Shown here: positions 47,370 to 59,677 of the stretch, piece by piece | How positions within the stretch are numbered: the first letter of the stretch is position 1 | Layout: each line of letters starts with the position of its first letter | Assembly: GCA_963797095.1 (NCBI GenBank) | Contig: CAWCNY010000005.1 | Span: forward strand, 64,001 to 128,000 | Reading direction: 5' to 3' | DNA length: 64,000 nucleotides | Origin: an uncultured Chloroflexia bacterium | Lineage (GTDB): Bacteria > Chloroflexota > Chloroflexia > QHBQ01 > JADMIH01 | Translations under genes and position numbers: made by a program | Notes under the pieces: generated by a model | Database searches by the model: none | Told to the model about the DNA's origin: nothing | What the model saw: only the letters and a program-made list of their open reading frames with translations

Positions 47370-50201
47370 ATGCTTTTTACGGGCCTGCCAGGCGGCGCAC
47401 GCCGCTCACACCGGAGCGCCGGGAGTGCAGGTTGGACGCCAGGGTGGCTCACACAGTGGTTCCACTCTCGCGGTCACATCCGCAAACCACTTCGCATCCT
47501 CTATCTGATCCTCTTTATCTCGCTCACAACTTTACCTGCCGGTTCACTGGCCTCGACGGTAAGCCTTCCGCCCAGGGCGGGCAGCGACGCGCCAAGCGCG
47601 TTGCCGCTCGTTAGCGGGGCCGACTACTCGTATACGGGCACACTGTTTAGCGAAGGCGACGGCGGGCAGGATATGAAGGATGAGTCGTTCAAGGGTGACC
47701 TCACCCTACCTCCCGATTCGATGGAAGCCTTCTTCACTTCCGAGCCTACGCGCGCGCCGATCGATTTCACCGATGTCGCAGCACATTGGTTCGCAGACAC
47801 GCCAGACCCTACCAGTGTAAGCGTTGAAGTGCGCACCAGCAAAGATGGGCAAACCTGGACCGATTGGCAGTTTGCCGACCCTGACGACATCGTGATGGGA
47901 GACGATCCGTATACCGAGACTTTCGCCAGCCTCGTCTCGGTCAACCAGTACGACCGCACGCACCGTTATGTGCAGAGCCGGATCACGCTCGAATCGGGGT
48001 GGAAAGGGCAAACCCCCACCTTCTATAGCCTGGCCTACACGTTCGTCAACGCGGGTGTTACGCCCAACCCACCACAGGCTCAGGTCATGGTCCAGGGTAC
48101 GCCGTCTGATGTGCCCAAGCCGCCGATAGTATCGCGCAAAGACTGGGGGTCGCCGGAGGGAGAGAGCAGCCCGAAATGGACCCCGGTTTACAAGCGCGTG
48201 ACGCACATGGTGATCCACCACACGGCTACATCCAACAACGACACCGACTTCGCAGCACGAGTGCGCTCGATCTGGTATTACCACGCCAAAACACGCGGGT
48301 GGGGAGACATCGGCTATAACTACCTGATCGATCCGAATGGGGTCATTTACGAAGGGAGGGCCGGGGGCGACGATGTGGAGGCGGGGCACGCCTACCCGTT
48401 CAACGTCGGCACCATGGGCGTGGGCATGATTGGCGATTTCATGAAGGTGACCCCCACGCAAGCGGCACAGCAATCGTTGGTAGAGCTGCTTTCCTGGAAG
48501 TCCGCCCAGCGCGGTATCGACCCGCACGCCATTGAGCCGATAACCGGCTACACCGACTGTGGCGGCAAGGTCATCTACGAGCGGAACACTATAGCAGGGC
48601 ACCGCGACTACAAAGGCGAGGCGTGCAATCGCAAGTTCAACACATCCACCTGCCCAGGTGATGTTCTCGAAGCTCTACTTCCAACAATACGGGACGAAGT
48701 AGTGCTGGACCAACCGCCGTTACGGGCTAATTTCGGAACCCACGATACGCCGGGCAACCTGGAACCCGGCGCAACTGTGGATGTACGCCTTACGGTGCGC
48801 AACAGCGGAGCACTTACCTGGCAGACTGGAGGCGACCAATCGGTCGTGATGGGGTACAGGTGGCTCACGCCGGACAACCAGCCCGTGCCAGAGTGGCAAG
48901 ATATAAAATCACCGTTGCCAGGGCAGGTCAGCTTCGCGACTACGATGACGATGACGGCCAAGTTGAACGCGCCTAACATACCGGGCCATTACGTCCTGCT
49001 GTGGGATCTGTATGTGGAGGGGCAGGGCTGGTTCAGCGATCAAGGTTCTGAGCCGCTGCGCGTTGACGTGGTGGTGGGACGCAACCTAGATGACAAGACG
49101 CCACCATCCTCGCAGGTGCTGCCGCTGCCGGTGTGGAGCAGCAATACCGAGCTACCTATTCGGTGGGCGGGTGAAGACAACCCAAAGGGCGCTGGGATAG
49201 CCTCCTACGACATCCAGGTGAGGATCGCGCCAAACGGAGAGTGGACTGATTGGAAGACCGCCACCAGTGAGACGAGCGCAAGCTATATAGGCGAGGATGG
49301 CTACACTTACGAGTTCCGTTCCAGGGCGCGTGATGCCGCAGGAAACGTCGAGGAGTGGCCTCAGCAGGCCGACACCTACACCACAATTGATACACGCCCG
49401 CCTTCGCTGATAATCGATGATCCCGAACAGGGAGACCACGTTATGCCAGGCTTCCTATCGGTGAAGGGCCGCACGGAGCCGGGCACCTTCGTGGCGGTCA
49501 ACAACACACGCGCCGAGGAGTCGGGAGGCGTGTTCACTTCAACTTTAGAGGCAAGTGGGCGAGACTTCTCGATACATGTGACGGCGTCGGATGCGGCAGG
49601 AAACGTGTCGAGCCTGGAAGTTGTTGTGCAGGCCGCCCCGCGCTTCGCGGACGTGCCAGTCGGGCACCCCGCGTTTCGGGCGGTCGAATACCTGAGCGAT
49701 AGGGGCGTGCTTGGCGGTTATACCGACGGACTCTTCAGGCCGGACACTCCCGCCACTCGCTCCCAGTTCGCCAAGATGATCGTGATTGCGATGGGCTGGG
49801 GATTGATCAACCCCCCGGAGCCACGCTTTACCGACGTGCCCCCTGAGCACCCACTTTACCCTTATATTGAGACCGCCGCGGCCAGGGGGATGCTGCCGGG
49901 CTTTCTCGACGGCACATTCGAGCCGAATATGCCGGTATCGAGGAGCGAGGCGCTTCTGACATTGCTGGCCGCCTCAGGCAAGACGTTGAACACGGCGGGC
50001 GCTCTGCTGGCCGACCTACCGCCCGATCATTGGGCAGCCACCTGCGACCCGGACCCAAGGCGCGGGCCAAGCTATTACGACAATACAACTTGCGGAAATA
50101 CGCCCGCCACGCGCGCCGATTCAGCGCTGCTCGTTTATAACCTCTACCGGAGCATGGAAAACATCGAGACCGGCACGCCGCTCGATGACCAGGGTAGATA
50201 G
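47370..50201 (+). CDS. SLH-anchored N-acetylmuramoyl-L-alanine amidase (Amidase_2/PGRP) with Ig-like and FN3 domains
   Basis: SRKDWG, VIHHTA, GWGDIGYNYLID..YEGR, GHRD, TCPG; YEFRSRARDAAGN; FADVP..GYTDG.FRP..TRSQ. Start uncertain. Confidence 0.88.
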   Translation: MLFTGLPGGARRSHRSAGSAGWTPGWLTQWFHSRGHIRKPLRILYLILFISLTTLPAGSLASTVSLPPRAGSDAPSALPLVSGADYSYTGTLFSEGDGGQDMKDESFKGDLTLPPDSMEAFFTSEPTRAPIDFTDVAAHWFADTPDPTSVSVEVRTSKDGQTWTDWQFADPDDIVMGDDPYTETFASLVSVNQYDRTHRYVQSRITLESGWKGQTPTFYSLAYTFVNAGVTPNPPQAQVMVQGTPSDVPKPPIVSRKDWGSPEGESSPKWTPVYKRVTHMVIHHTATSNNDTDFAARVRSIWYYHAKTRGWGDIGYNYLIDPNGVIYEGRAGGDDVEAGHAYPFNVGTMGVGMIGDFMKVTPTQAAQQSLVELLSWKSAQRGIDPHAIEPITGYTDCGGKVIYERNTIAGHRDYKGEACNRKFNTSTCPGDVLEALLPTIRDEVVLDQPPLRANFGTHDTPGNLEPGATVDVRLTVRNSGALTWQTGGDQSVVMGYRWLTPDNQPVPEWQDIKSPLPGQVSFATTMTMTAKLNAPNIPGHYVLLWDLYVEGQGWFSDQGSEPLRVDVVVGRNLDDKTPPSSQVLPLPVWSSNTELPIRWAGEDNPKGAGIASYDIQVRIAPNGEWTDWKTATSETSASYIGEDGYTYEFRSRARDAAGNVEEWPQQADTYTTIDTRPPSLIIDDPEQGDHVMPGFLSVKGRTEPGTFVAVNNTRAEESGGVFTSTLEASGRDFSIHVTASDAAGNVSSLEVVVQAAPRFADVPVGHPAFRAVEYLSDRGVLGGYTDGLFRPDTPATRSQFAKMIVIAMGWGLINPPEPRFTDVPPEHPLYPYIETAAARGMLPGFLDGTFEPNMPVSRSEALLTLLAASGKTLNTAGALLADLPPDHWAATCDPDPRRGPSYYDNTTCGNTPATRADSALLVYNLYRSMENIETGTPLDDQGR

Positions 50202-50204
50202 TGA

Positions 50205-50257
50205 TTTCTTTATAAGGGAACTGGGCGGCAGAGCCGCCCAGTTCCCTTATAAAGAAA
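50205..50257. terminator. Perfect 25-bp stem bidirectional terminator
   Basis: TTTCTTTATAAGGGAACTGGGCGGC-AGA-GCCGCCCAGTTCCCTTATAAAGAAA. Confidence 0.8.
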
Positions 50258-50268
50258 GTAATCTCTTC

Positions 50269-50532
50269 TCAAGCGTAGTATGCGCGTGTGAGCAGATTCT
50301 GCAGGAGGGCAATCAACAGGATAGCCGCCAGAGGCGAGAGATCGATAGGTAGATTAATGATCCTGCTGAGAAGAGACCGCAACGGCGCGAGGATAGGCTC
50401 GGTAAGGTCGACAAGCAGGCGCGTCCAGGGGTCGCGGCCCACAGGATAGAACCACGAGAGGAGCGCCCTGATAAGGATGAGCAGGTTGAGGAGGTTTAGC
50501 AACCAGATTACAATACTGAAAATGGCGTTCAT
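50269..50532 (-). CDS. YggT family membrane protein
   Basis: RALLSW..P....LTEPILAP.R....IDLSPL. Confidence 0.92.
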   Translation of the reverse strand: MNAIFSIVIWLLNLLNLLILIRALLSWFYPVGRDPWTRLLVDLTEPILAPLRSLLSRIINLPIDLSPLAAILLIALLQNLLTRAYYA

Positions 50533-50633
50533 GCACAGATCCCCTTAGGTTTTTCTATACAGATCTACGCGAGCATACAGACCGAAGTTTCACGACCGAA
50601 TACGCTCGCCATATATTATACAATGCGAAATGA

Positions 50634-50662
50634 GAGGAGGTTGCCTTTCGAGCAACCTCCTC
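50634..50662 (-). terminator. Hairpin downstream of rplY
   Basis: GAGGAGGTTGC / GCAACCTCCTC. Confidence 0.6.
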
Positions 50663-50689
50663 CTTCATGTTGGCGACTGTAGCAATGAG

Positions 50690-51382
50690 CTAGCTTGCGC
50701 CTTCCTCACCTGCTTCGGTTTCTGAATGGCCCGTCTCGGCTTCCTCAACCTCGGCTCCCGTTTCAATGGCAGCCTCGGCTTCAGCAGCTTCTTCGACCTC
50801 TTCCACGGCAAGTGGCATCTGGGTAATTTTGACAACCAGGTCATCGGGATTGCTGAGCAGAGTTACGTCATCAGGCAGCGTTAGGTCACGAACGTGTATC
50901 GCCTGGTCAACTTCGGTCAGGCCGCTGATATCTACTTCGATCAAGGACGGCACATTGGCCGGTAGGGTCTTCAAAGTGATATGTTCGGTCTGGTGAAGCA
51001 AAAGCCCTTCGCGGCTGCGCACGATGGGCGACTCGCCCACCGGCACCAGGCGCACATTTACGGTGATTTCCTCGAGTAGGTTGACCTCAAGGAAGTCGAC
51101 GTGCGTCAACTGGTAGTTGAGCGGGTTGCGCTGCACTTCATGAATGAAGACCTTATGGGGCGTGCCGCCGTCGCCGATAGAGAGATCGATCAACGCGGAG
51201 GTGCCTGCACGCAAATATGTGCGCTCAAAATCCCGCCTGCGAACCTGTAAGGTATGCGGTTCCAACTTCTGGCCGTAGAGCACCGCAGGTATCAAGTTCC
51301 TGCGCCTCAGCTGTTTGCTCCTCTTGCCGGTAAGCTCGCGTGGCTCAGCCACTATCGAGAAAGTCTTGTCGTCTTTTGCCAT
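50690..51382 (-). CDS. rplY: 50S ribosomal protein L25 (CTC type)
   Basis: LRR..IPAVLYG, HVDF, TL5 C-domain and acidic tail. Confidence 0.95.
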   Translation of the reverse strand: MAKDDKTFSIVAEPRELTGKRSKQLRRRNLIPAVLYGQKLEPHTLQVRRRDFERTYLRAGTSALIDLSIGDGGTPHKVFIHEVQRNPLNYQLTHVDFLEVNLLEEITVNVRLVPVGESPIVRSREGLLLHQTEHITLKTLPANVPSLIEVDISGLTEVDQAIHVRDLTLPDDVTLLSNPDDLVVKITQMPLAVEEVEEAAEAEAAIETGAEVEEAETGHSETEAGEEGAS

Positions 51383-51530
51383 CTGGTATTATTACCTCCT
51401 GGTCAGCGCAAGGGCGGGTTTTGACCCGCCCCGTACATGAATCTATCTATTATACTCTAAAACCACTGTACCTGACCGCCCAGGCGCAAGATTCACGCCT
51501 CAAGGCATCCCGCTGAACATGGAGAAGGCA

Positions 51531-51570
51531 AACGGAAGGGCGGGTTTGGAACGAAACCCGCCCTTCCGTT
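51531..51570 (-). terminator. Terminator after the ABC ATPase gene
   Basis: AACGGAAGGGCGGGTTT / AAACCCGCCCTTCCGTT 17-bp stem. Confidence 0.75.
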
Positions 51571-51585
51571 GACTGAGCACTTATC

Positions 51586-52758
51586 TTATTTCGCTCTCTG
51601 AAGCGATTTGGTCTTGTCGATTACTGACTGGGTGGACTCGGGGTCAAACGCGTGCATCTTGTCCATGTTGAAGGCCACGTCCAGAATATAGCCGGGCTGG
51701 ACGGTCGTGCGATCGTCAACTCGGGAAATCAGGGAATTCTGGCCGTTGAGCAGATAGAGATAAACCTCGCTGCCCATAGGCTCGACCACATCAACGCGCG
51801 TGCGCACAGAGACCAGGTCTTCAGGGCTTTCATCTTCATCGAGCATTCCCTGGGCAAACCGCGCATCGTGTATATCCTGGGGGCGCAAGCCAAAGATCAG
51901 CTGCTTGCCGGCGTAAGGTTCGATATCGTCCTTGAACCTGCTCGGCACACGCAGTTTCATGCCGGCGTCCTGGCCCGCCGTGCCGGGACTCACAAAGTAG
52001 ATTTCGCCCTCCGACTGTTCTACATTCATCGTGAGCAGATTCATAGCCGGGGAGCCGATGAACCCGGCTACGAAGATGTTCGACGGATTCGTGAAGAGGC
52101 GATGTGGGGTATCCACTTGCTGCAGAACGCCATCCTTCATCACGGCGATGCGGTCGCCCATGGTCATGGCTTCCACCTGGTCGTGGGTCACGTACACAGT
52201 GGTGGTTTGCAAGCGCTGGTGGAGTTTGTTCAATTCGGCGCGGGTAGAAACGCGCATCTTCGCGTCGAGGTTGGAAAGAGGCTCGTCCATGAGGAACACT
52301 TGCGGCTCGCGCACGATAGCGCGACCAAGCGCGACACGCTGCCTCTGGCCGCCTGAAAGCTGTCTGGGCTTGCGTGCCAGGAGGTGCTTGATGCCGAGGC
52401 TGTCGGCAACCTCTTCAACTCTCTTCCTGATCTGATCGCCCGGCATTCGGCGCAACTTGAGCGCGAAAGCCATGTTATCAAACACATTCATGTGGGGGTA
52501 GAGCGCGTAGTTCTGGAACACCATGGCGATGTCGCGGTCTTTGGGGGCAACATTGTTGACTACGCGTCCCCCTATCGACACTGTTCCGCCGGAAATATCC
52601 TCCAGACCGGCGATCATGCGTAACGCCGTTGACTTTCCGCAACCGGATGGCCCGACCAATACCATGAACTCTTTATCTCTGACTTCGAGGTCCAGGTCCG
52701 GGATCACGGTAACGTTGCCGTAACGCTTGACGACACTGTCGAATACTACATTTGCCAT
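51586..52758 (-). CDS. Stand-alone sugar ABC transporter ATPase (MsmX/UgpC/MalK)
   Basis: GPSGCGKST, MVFQNYALYPH, LSGGQRQR, DEPLSNLD, TOBE domain. Confidence 0.95.
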   Translation of the reverse strand: MANVVFDSVVKRYGNVTVIPDLDLEVRDKEFMVLVGPSGCGKSTALRMIAGLEDISGGTVSIGGRVVNNVAPKDRDIAMVFQNYALYPHMNVFDNMAFALKLRRMPGDQIRKRVEEVADSLGIKHLLARKPRQLSGGQRQRVALGRAIVREPQVFLMDEPLSNLDAKMRVSTRAELNKLHQRLQTTTVYVTHDQVEAMTMGDRIAVMKDGVLQQVDTPHRLFTNPSNIFVAGFIGSPAMNLLTMNVEQSEGEIYFVSPGTAGQDAGMKLRVPSRFKDDIEPYAGKQLIFGLRPQDIHDARFAQGMLDEDESPEDLVSVRTRVDVVEPMGSEVYLYLLNGQNSLISRVDDRTTVQPGYILDVAFNMDKMHAFDPESTQSVIDKTKSLQRAK

Positions 52759-52852
52759 GTGTAGCCTCCCATCTTAGTAAATCAAAAATACAAGGCCCAA
52801 GCTCGAATATGGAAAACCAATGAATAGTAAGTTGACTGCCGAAGGCGTTGAA

Positions 52853-53872
52853 CTAATCTCCGCCTTCAAGGGCATCTCTTAGCACCTCCAGATTTTCGAG
52901 GGCCATGCCGGTGCCTATGGCAACGCAGGCAAGGGGATTGTCGGCCACAAAACAAGGTATGCCTGTCACCTGCGTCATCAGTTCATCTATGTGGCGGAGG
53001 AGCGCACCGCCACCAGTCATAACCATGCCGCGATCAATGATGTCTGAGGCCAATTCAGGCGGCGTCCGCTCCAACACGCTCCGCACTGCTCCCACTATTG
53101 CCTCAAGAGGCTCAGCGATGGCCTCTACTACCTCGTTGGTCCTAACTTCAATCGTGCGGGGGAGACCGGCCACCTGGTCGCGTCCTCTGACCTCCATGGT
53201 CAATTCATCTTCGGGTTCCAGGGGTAGGGCACTGCCGAGGTTGACCTTAAGCTCCTCTGCTGTCCGATCTCCGATTAGGAGATTATACTTGCGTTTTATG
53301 TAAGATGCAATAGCTTGGTCCAGTTTATCCCCGCCTACGCGGATGGAATTGCTGACAACGATGCCATTGAGGGCGATCACGGCCACTTCGGTCGTGCCTC
53401 CGCCGATGTCGATCACCATGCTGCCAGTCGGTGAATCGACAGGCACACGCGCCCCGATGGCCGCAGCCAGAGGCTCGCCAATCAAGTAGGCTGCCTGCGC
53501 ACCTGCTTGCATGGCAGCGTCGCGGACGGCTCGCTGCTCTACGCTGGTCACGCCCGCCGGGATGCAGATCATCACCTTGGGCTTGAACATGCTGAAGCGC
53601 CCTGTAGACTTGGCGATGAACGCTTTGAGCATCGCCTCGGTTACGAGGTAGTCTGAGATCACACCGTTTTGCAGCGGGCGCACCACCTCCACGGTATCAG
53701 GCGTTCTGCCCAGCATATCGTAGGCCGAGCGGCCAACAGCTTTGACGCGTCCGTCCTTGGTAGAAATGGCAACTACGGAAGGTTCGTTCAAGACGATCCC
53801 CTTCCCTCGCACAAAAACGAGGCAATTGGCTGTGCCAAGGTCGATACCAATTGCCCGCTGAAACATCGCCAA
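52853..53872 (-). CDS. mreB: Rod shape-determining protein MreB/Mbl
   Basis: [35 protein letters not shown]. Confidence 0.96.
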   Translation of the reverse strand: MAMFQRAIGIDLGTANCLVFVRGKGIVLNEPSVVAISTKDGRVKAVGRSAYDMLGRTPDTVEVVRPLQNGVISDYLVTEAMLKAFIAKSTGRFSMFKPKVMICIPAGVTSVEQRAVRDAAMQAGAQAAYLIGEPLAAAIGARVPVDSPTGSMVIDIGGGTTEVAVIALNGIVVSNSIRVGGDKLDQAIASYIKRKYNLLIGDRTAEELKVNLGSALPLEPEDELTMEVRGRDQVAGLPRTIEVRTNEVVEAIAEPLEAIVGAVRSVLERTPPELASDIIDRGMVMTGGGALLRHIDELMTQVTGIPCFVADNPLACVAIGTGMALENLEVLRDALEGGD

Positions 53873-53876
53873 GTGC

Positions 53877-54302
53877 CTAGCTCTCCTCTCTCCGCAAGCG
53901 TTTGCGCTTGGCTCCTACTCGAAGTCTTAGTGAGGCAAGACGCAGGGCTGCCTCGGCGGCACCTGCTTCGCCCAGTCTGTCTTTGTTTCTAAGCAACTCC
54001 TCGGCGCGGGCGCGTGCTTGCTCGGCAGCCGCCACGTCGATCTCCTCAGAGTGCTCGGCTGCGTCGGCGAGGATTGTCACCTTGCCGTTCAGCACTTCCA
54101 TGAAACCGCCCGCGATCACGATGCTTTGCTCATCTGAACCCTTCTTCACACGTAATTCGCCTATTTCAAGTACAGTGATTAGAGGAGCATGGCGCGGCAG
54201 GATACCTACTTCGCCATCCACCGAAGGGGCAACAACCATATCAACATTGTCATCAAGGAGTACCTGCCTTTCGGCAGTCACGATCTCAAGTGTCAGTGGC
54301 AT
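53877..54302 (-). CDS. atpC: ATP synthase epsilon
   Basis: [25 protein letters not shown]. Confidence 0.95.
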   Translation of the reverse strand: MPLTLEIVTAERQVLLDDNVDMVVAPSVDGEVGILPRHAPLITVLEIGELRVKKGSDEQSIVIAGGFMEVLNGKVTILADAAEHSEEIDVAAAEQARARAEELLRNKDRLGEAGAAEAALRLASLRLRVGAKRKRLRREES

Positions 54303-54429
54303 AACAACCTCCAGACCCGAACCATTATATCAAAACGGGGCGAAGCCGCCTTACGGCCAAGCCCCATCTCGATATCGGATTTTAGATTTGGGATCTTCGA
54401 TGATCCTTACTAAAATCCGCAATCCCAAC

Positions 54430-55929
<1,500 letters not shown>

Positions 55930-56844
55930 TTACCCGGTCAGAGCCGCCGCACCGGACGACACTTCTATGATCTCTCTTGTGATATTTGCTTGCCGTAGCT
56001 TGTTGTACGCCAGGGTTAGCTCCGATATCATTTCTTTGGCATTCTCGGTGGCGTTGCGCATGGCTACCATCTGCGCGCTCTGGAAAGAGGCCACGTGTTC
56101 CAGATATGCTTGGTAGATCCTCACCTCGATATACCTGGGGACAAGCGCCTCCAATACGGATCGCTGGCTCGGCTCAAATATGAACTCGGTATTGCTCTCG
56201 CCGCCCGTCATAATATCGCTGTCGTCGCCTGGGAGCGATCTCTCTTCACCCGCCTCGCCCGCATCCACAGGTAGCAACCTGTAAACAGTGGGAATTTGCG
56301 TGAGCGTGTTCTTGAAGTCTGTGTATATTATGTAAACTGCATCCACGCGACCGCTAAGATATTCCTCGGTGGCAACACGCGCCACCGGATAAATATCCTT
56401 CACAAGCGGTCTATCGCCCAGCCCGAGGAATTCTGCCGTGATAGGCCTGCCGGTACGCAGCATGAAATCGCGGCCCTTCTTGCCCATAGCTATGATGCTC
56501 ACGGGCACCTGGGCCTCGGTATTGATGAAGCGCAACGCACGCCTGATCACATTGGTGTTGAGAGCGCCCGCAAGGCCACGGTCTCCAGTGATCAATATAA
56601 CGCCTATGTTCTTGACGGGCCGTCCTTGCAAAAGGGGCGGTACTGCCTCGTCCTGAGTACCGGCCACCTTCGCGGCGAGGCTGTGCATTACCTCCGCGAT
56701 CTTGCGAGCGTAGGGGCGCCCGGCCTGCACTGCAAGCTGGGCGCGCCTCATGCGAGAGGCGGCTACCATCTCCATTGCGCGAGTGATCTGGGACACGTTC
56801 TTTGCCGAAGTTATGCGGCGTCGGATTTCTCTTGTACTTGGCAT
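55930..56844 (-). CDS. atpG: ATP synthase gamma
   Basis: QITRAMEMVAAS, DRGLAG, AMRNATENA, RQANITREI. Confidence 0.97.
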   Translation of the reverse strand: MPSTREIRRRITSAKNVSQITRAMEMVAASRMRRAQLAVQAGRPYARKIAEVMHSLAAKVAGTQDEAVPPLLQGRPVKNIGVILITGDRGLAGALNTNVIRRALRFINTEAQVPVSIIAMGKKGRDFMLRTGRPITAEFLGLGDRPLVKDIYPVARVATEEYLSGRVDAVYIIYTDFKNTLTQIPTVYRLLPVDAGEAGEERSLPGDDSDIMTGGESNTEFIFEPSQRSVLEALVPRYIEVRIYQAYLEHVASFQSAQMVAMRNATENAKEMISELTLAYNKLRQANITREIIEVSSGAAALTG

Positions 56845-56916
56845 ATCTTTATTTCGGATTTTGGATTCGAGATTTCGGATTTGGTCGGGCTAAAGCTGCA
56901 ATCCGAGATCCAAATT

Positions 56917-58449
56917 CTAGAAGCTGACTGTTCGCTTGAACTCGCCGATGGCTTTCTTGAGCGCCTCGATAGTTTCGTCGCTCAGGCGCTTTTCCTTCGT
57001 GATAGTGTCAAGTATCTCGGCGTGGGCCGTCTTCATGAAATCGTGGAACTGGGCCTCCCACGAGCGTACATTCTCTATTTTGGTGTCGTCAAGAAGGCCG
57101 TTGGTCACAGCGTAGATGATCGCAACCTGTTGTGCAACAGGCAGCGGATTGTACTGGACCTGCTTCAGCACTTCCTGGATTCGGAGGCCCCTATCAAGCT
57201 GTGCCCTGGTGGCTTTGTCGAGGTCTGACCCGAACTGTGCGAACGCCGCCAGGTCGCGGAACTGCGCCATGTCGAGCTTGAGGCGGCCTGCTACCTGCCG
57301 GTAGGCTCTGATCTGCGCGTCGCCACCCACGCGGCTAACCGAAATACCGACGTTGATGGCGGGCCTGATGCCTGCATAGAAGAGATCAGGCTCAAGGAAT
57401 ATCTGTCCATCTGTGATTGAGATCACGTTGGTTGGGATATAAGCCGACACGTCGTTGGCCTGTGTCTCAATTATGGGAAGAGCCGTCAGCGAGCCGCCGC
57501 CGTATTTCTCGCCCATGCGGGCAGCCCTCTCCAGGAGGCGCGAGTGGAGATAGAACACGTCGCCGGGATATGCCTCGCGTCCGGGGGGACGCCGCAGCAG
57601 CAGCGACATCTGGCGGTATGCCCACGCGTGCTTGCTGAGGTCATCGTAAACGATGAGCGCATCTCTACCCTGCTCCATAAACTCCTCGCCCATCGCGCAG
57701 CCAGCGAAAGGAGCCAGGTACTGGAGGGGCGCAGGTTCGGCTGCCGAGGCGGCCACCACGATGGTGTGGTCCATTGCACCGTACCGCTCGAGGGTCGCCA
57801 CAGTCTGTGCAATCGCCGACGACTTCTGGCCGATGGCGACATAAATGCACAGCATGTCCTGGCCCTTCTGGTTGATGATAGTATCGAGGGCGATGGCGCT
57901 CTTGCCCGTCTGGCGGTCGCCTATGATCAACTCGCGCTGCCCGCGCCCGATAGGGGTCATGGCGTCGATAGCCTTGATACCCGTCTGCACGGGGGTGTCC
58001 ACGTTCTGGCGATACACCACACCCGGAGCGATACGCTCGACCGGGCGCGTCTTGATGTCGCCAGGCAGGTCGCCCTTGCCGTCTATTGGCTGGCCAAGGG
58101 CGTTCACCACCCGGCCTAGAAGAGCGTCACCAACGGGCACCTCTACGATGCGCCCGGTAGTTCTGACCGTGTCGCCTTCTTCGATGTCGGTATAGGGGCC
58201 CAGGATAACTACGCCCACCAACTCTTCTTCGAGGTTGAGAGCCATGCCCATCACCGAGCCGCGCTCTCCGTCGGCTTCGAATTCGAACTCGACAAGCTCT
58301 GAGGACATAACGCTCGACAGACCATGGACACGGGCGATGCCGTCGCCGATCTCTACAACCGTGCCGACATTGACGGAGCGCACGGGCTGGCCGAAGCTTT
58401 CTATTTCTTTCTGTATGATTGAGCTGATTTCTTCTGCTCTAAGTGCCAT
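56917..58449 (-). CDS. atpA: ATP synthase alpha
   Basis: [30 protein letters not shown]. Confidence 0.98.
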   Translation of the reverse strand: MALRAEEISSIIQKEIESFGQPVRSVNVGTVVEIGDGIARVHGLSSVMSSELVEFEFEADGERGSVMGMALNLEEELVGVVILGPYTDIEEGDTVRTTGRIVEVPVGDALLGRVVNALGQPIDGKGDLPGDIKTRPVERIAPGVVYRQNVDTPVQTGIKAIDAMTPIGRGQRELIIGDRQTGKSAIALDTIINQKGQDMLCIYVAIGQKSSAIAQTVATLERYGAMDHTIVVAASAAEPAPLQYLAPFAGCAMGEEFMEQGRDALIVYDDLSKHAWAYRQMSLLLRRPPGREAYPGDVFYLHSRLLERAARMGEKYGGGSLTALPIIETQANDVSAYIPTNVISITDGQIFLEPDLFYAGIRPAINVGISVSRVGGDAQIRAYRQVAGRLKLDMAQFRDLAAFAQFGSDLDKATRAQLDRGLRIQEVLKQVQYNPLPVAQQVAIIYAVTNGLLDDTKIENVRSWEAQFHDFMKTAHAEILDTITKEKRLSDETIEALKKAIGEFKRTVSF

Positions 58450-58534
58450 GTTTCCCTCCAACCGGGACGATGGACGGGGGACGAAAGACGAAGGTGCTTA
58501 CTTTCATCTTTCGACGTTCGCCGCTCGCCACTCC

Positions 58535-59071
58535 TTAAGTCAGTCTTTCAGCCAGTTCCGCCAGGCGCGTAGCGACGCTCGCATCTATCAATTCGTCACC
58601 GATGCGCGTGATTATTCCACCGAGGATGCGGGGATCGGTATTGGTGCGCAGTTGCACGGTCTTGCCGGTGATCCGGGCCAACTGTTCGGCCACGCGCTTC
58701 TGGTGAGCGGGGTCCAACGGCACAGCGCTGGTCACCTCGGCGATGATGATCCCCATCTCTTTGTTATACATCTCGCCGAAGACCTCAACGATCCTGGGGA
58801 GAAGCGACAAGCGTTGGCGCTGGGCCAGCAAGCGCAACAGGTTGGCGGCCAAGGGGCTTACCTTCTTGGTGGCGATTACATCGTCGATGATCTTGGACCG
58901 GGCGGTATCGGTCATCTTGGGGTCTTCGAGGGCATCGACGGTCAATTCGCTTCCGAACAAGGAGTTGAGCGTGGCAAGGTCGGCCTTCCACTCGTCGAGG
59001 GTGCCTTTTTCTTTTGCCAGGTCGAATACTGCCTGCGCGTACCTGCGCGCGGCGGCTCCACGCGTTGCCAT
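58535..59071 (-). CDS. atpH: ATP synthase delta
   Basis: ARRYAQA, VTSAVPL, ILGG..IDAS. Confidence 0.95.
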   Translation of the reverse strand: MATRGAAARRYAQAVFDLAKEKGTLDEWKADLATLNSLFGSELTVDALEDPKMTDTARSKIIDDVIATKKVSPLAANLLRLLAQRQRLSLLPRIVEVFGEMYNKEMGIIIAEVTSAVPLDPAHQKRVAEQLARITGKTVQLRTNTDPRILGGIITRIGDELIDASVATRLAELAERLT

Positions 59072-59072
59072 G

Positions 59073-59573
59073 CTATTTCCTCGCTTGCTCGGCTTCGGCC
59101 AGCGCCTCATCTACCAGCCGGTAATGGTCCTGGCTGTCCAGCGACTTGCCAACCACGCGGCTGGCGGCCATGATCGCTAACCGGGCCACTTCGTGCTGTA
59201 GTTCTTCTTTGGCGCGCTGGGTGTCGGTTTGGATCTGGGCGTGCGCATCGGCCAGCAGTTTTTCGCGCAGCTCTCGTGCCTCCGATTGGGCGGCAGAGAT
59301 AGTGCGCTGGCTGATCTGGTTAGCCTGTGCAAGCATGTCACGCACCTGGCCCTGCGCCTCCGTGATGATATGCTCGGCCTTCTTGGCAGCTTCCTGATTG
59401 GCGACCTTGATGCTCTCGGCCTGCTCCATGCTCTCACGGATGCGGTTCGCCCTGTCGTCCAGCATCTTTATGATGGGCGCATAAGCGAACCGGTAGAGCA
59501 GAACGATCAGCACCAGAAAGGCCAGGCACTGCCAGATCAGGTTGCCCCATAAGATACCTAATTGCTCAAACAT
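59073..59573 (-). CDS. atpF: ATP synthase subunit b
   Basis: N-terminal TM, PI..MLDDR, long coiled coil. Confidence 0.94.
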   Translation of the reverse strand: MFEQLGILWGNLIWQCLAFLVLIVLLYRFAYAPIIKMLDDRANRIRESMEQAESIKVANQEAAKKAEHIITEAQGQVRDMLAQANQISQRTISAAQSEARELREKLLADAHAQIQTDTQRAKEELQHEVARLAIMAASRVVGKSLDSQDHYRLVDEALAEAEQARK

Positions 59574-59677
59574 TGGCGTCTGTCCTTTACGCTATGTGGA
59601 CGATAGACGATGACCGGTGGACGGCATAACTGCTTTCGTCTTTCGCCTTCCGTCCTTCGTCTTTCCCCTGTAAAGCA

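Noticed and set aside
46818-50201. tRNA-Cys as an island integration site
   Set aside because: No integrase and no duplicated tRNA 3' end seen; flanking genes look like core genes.
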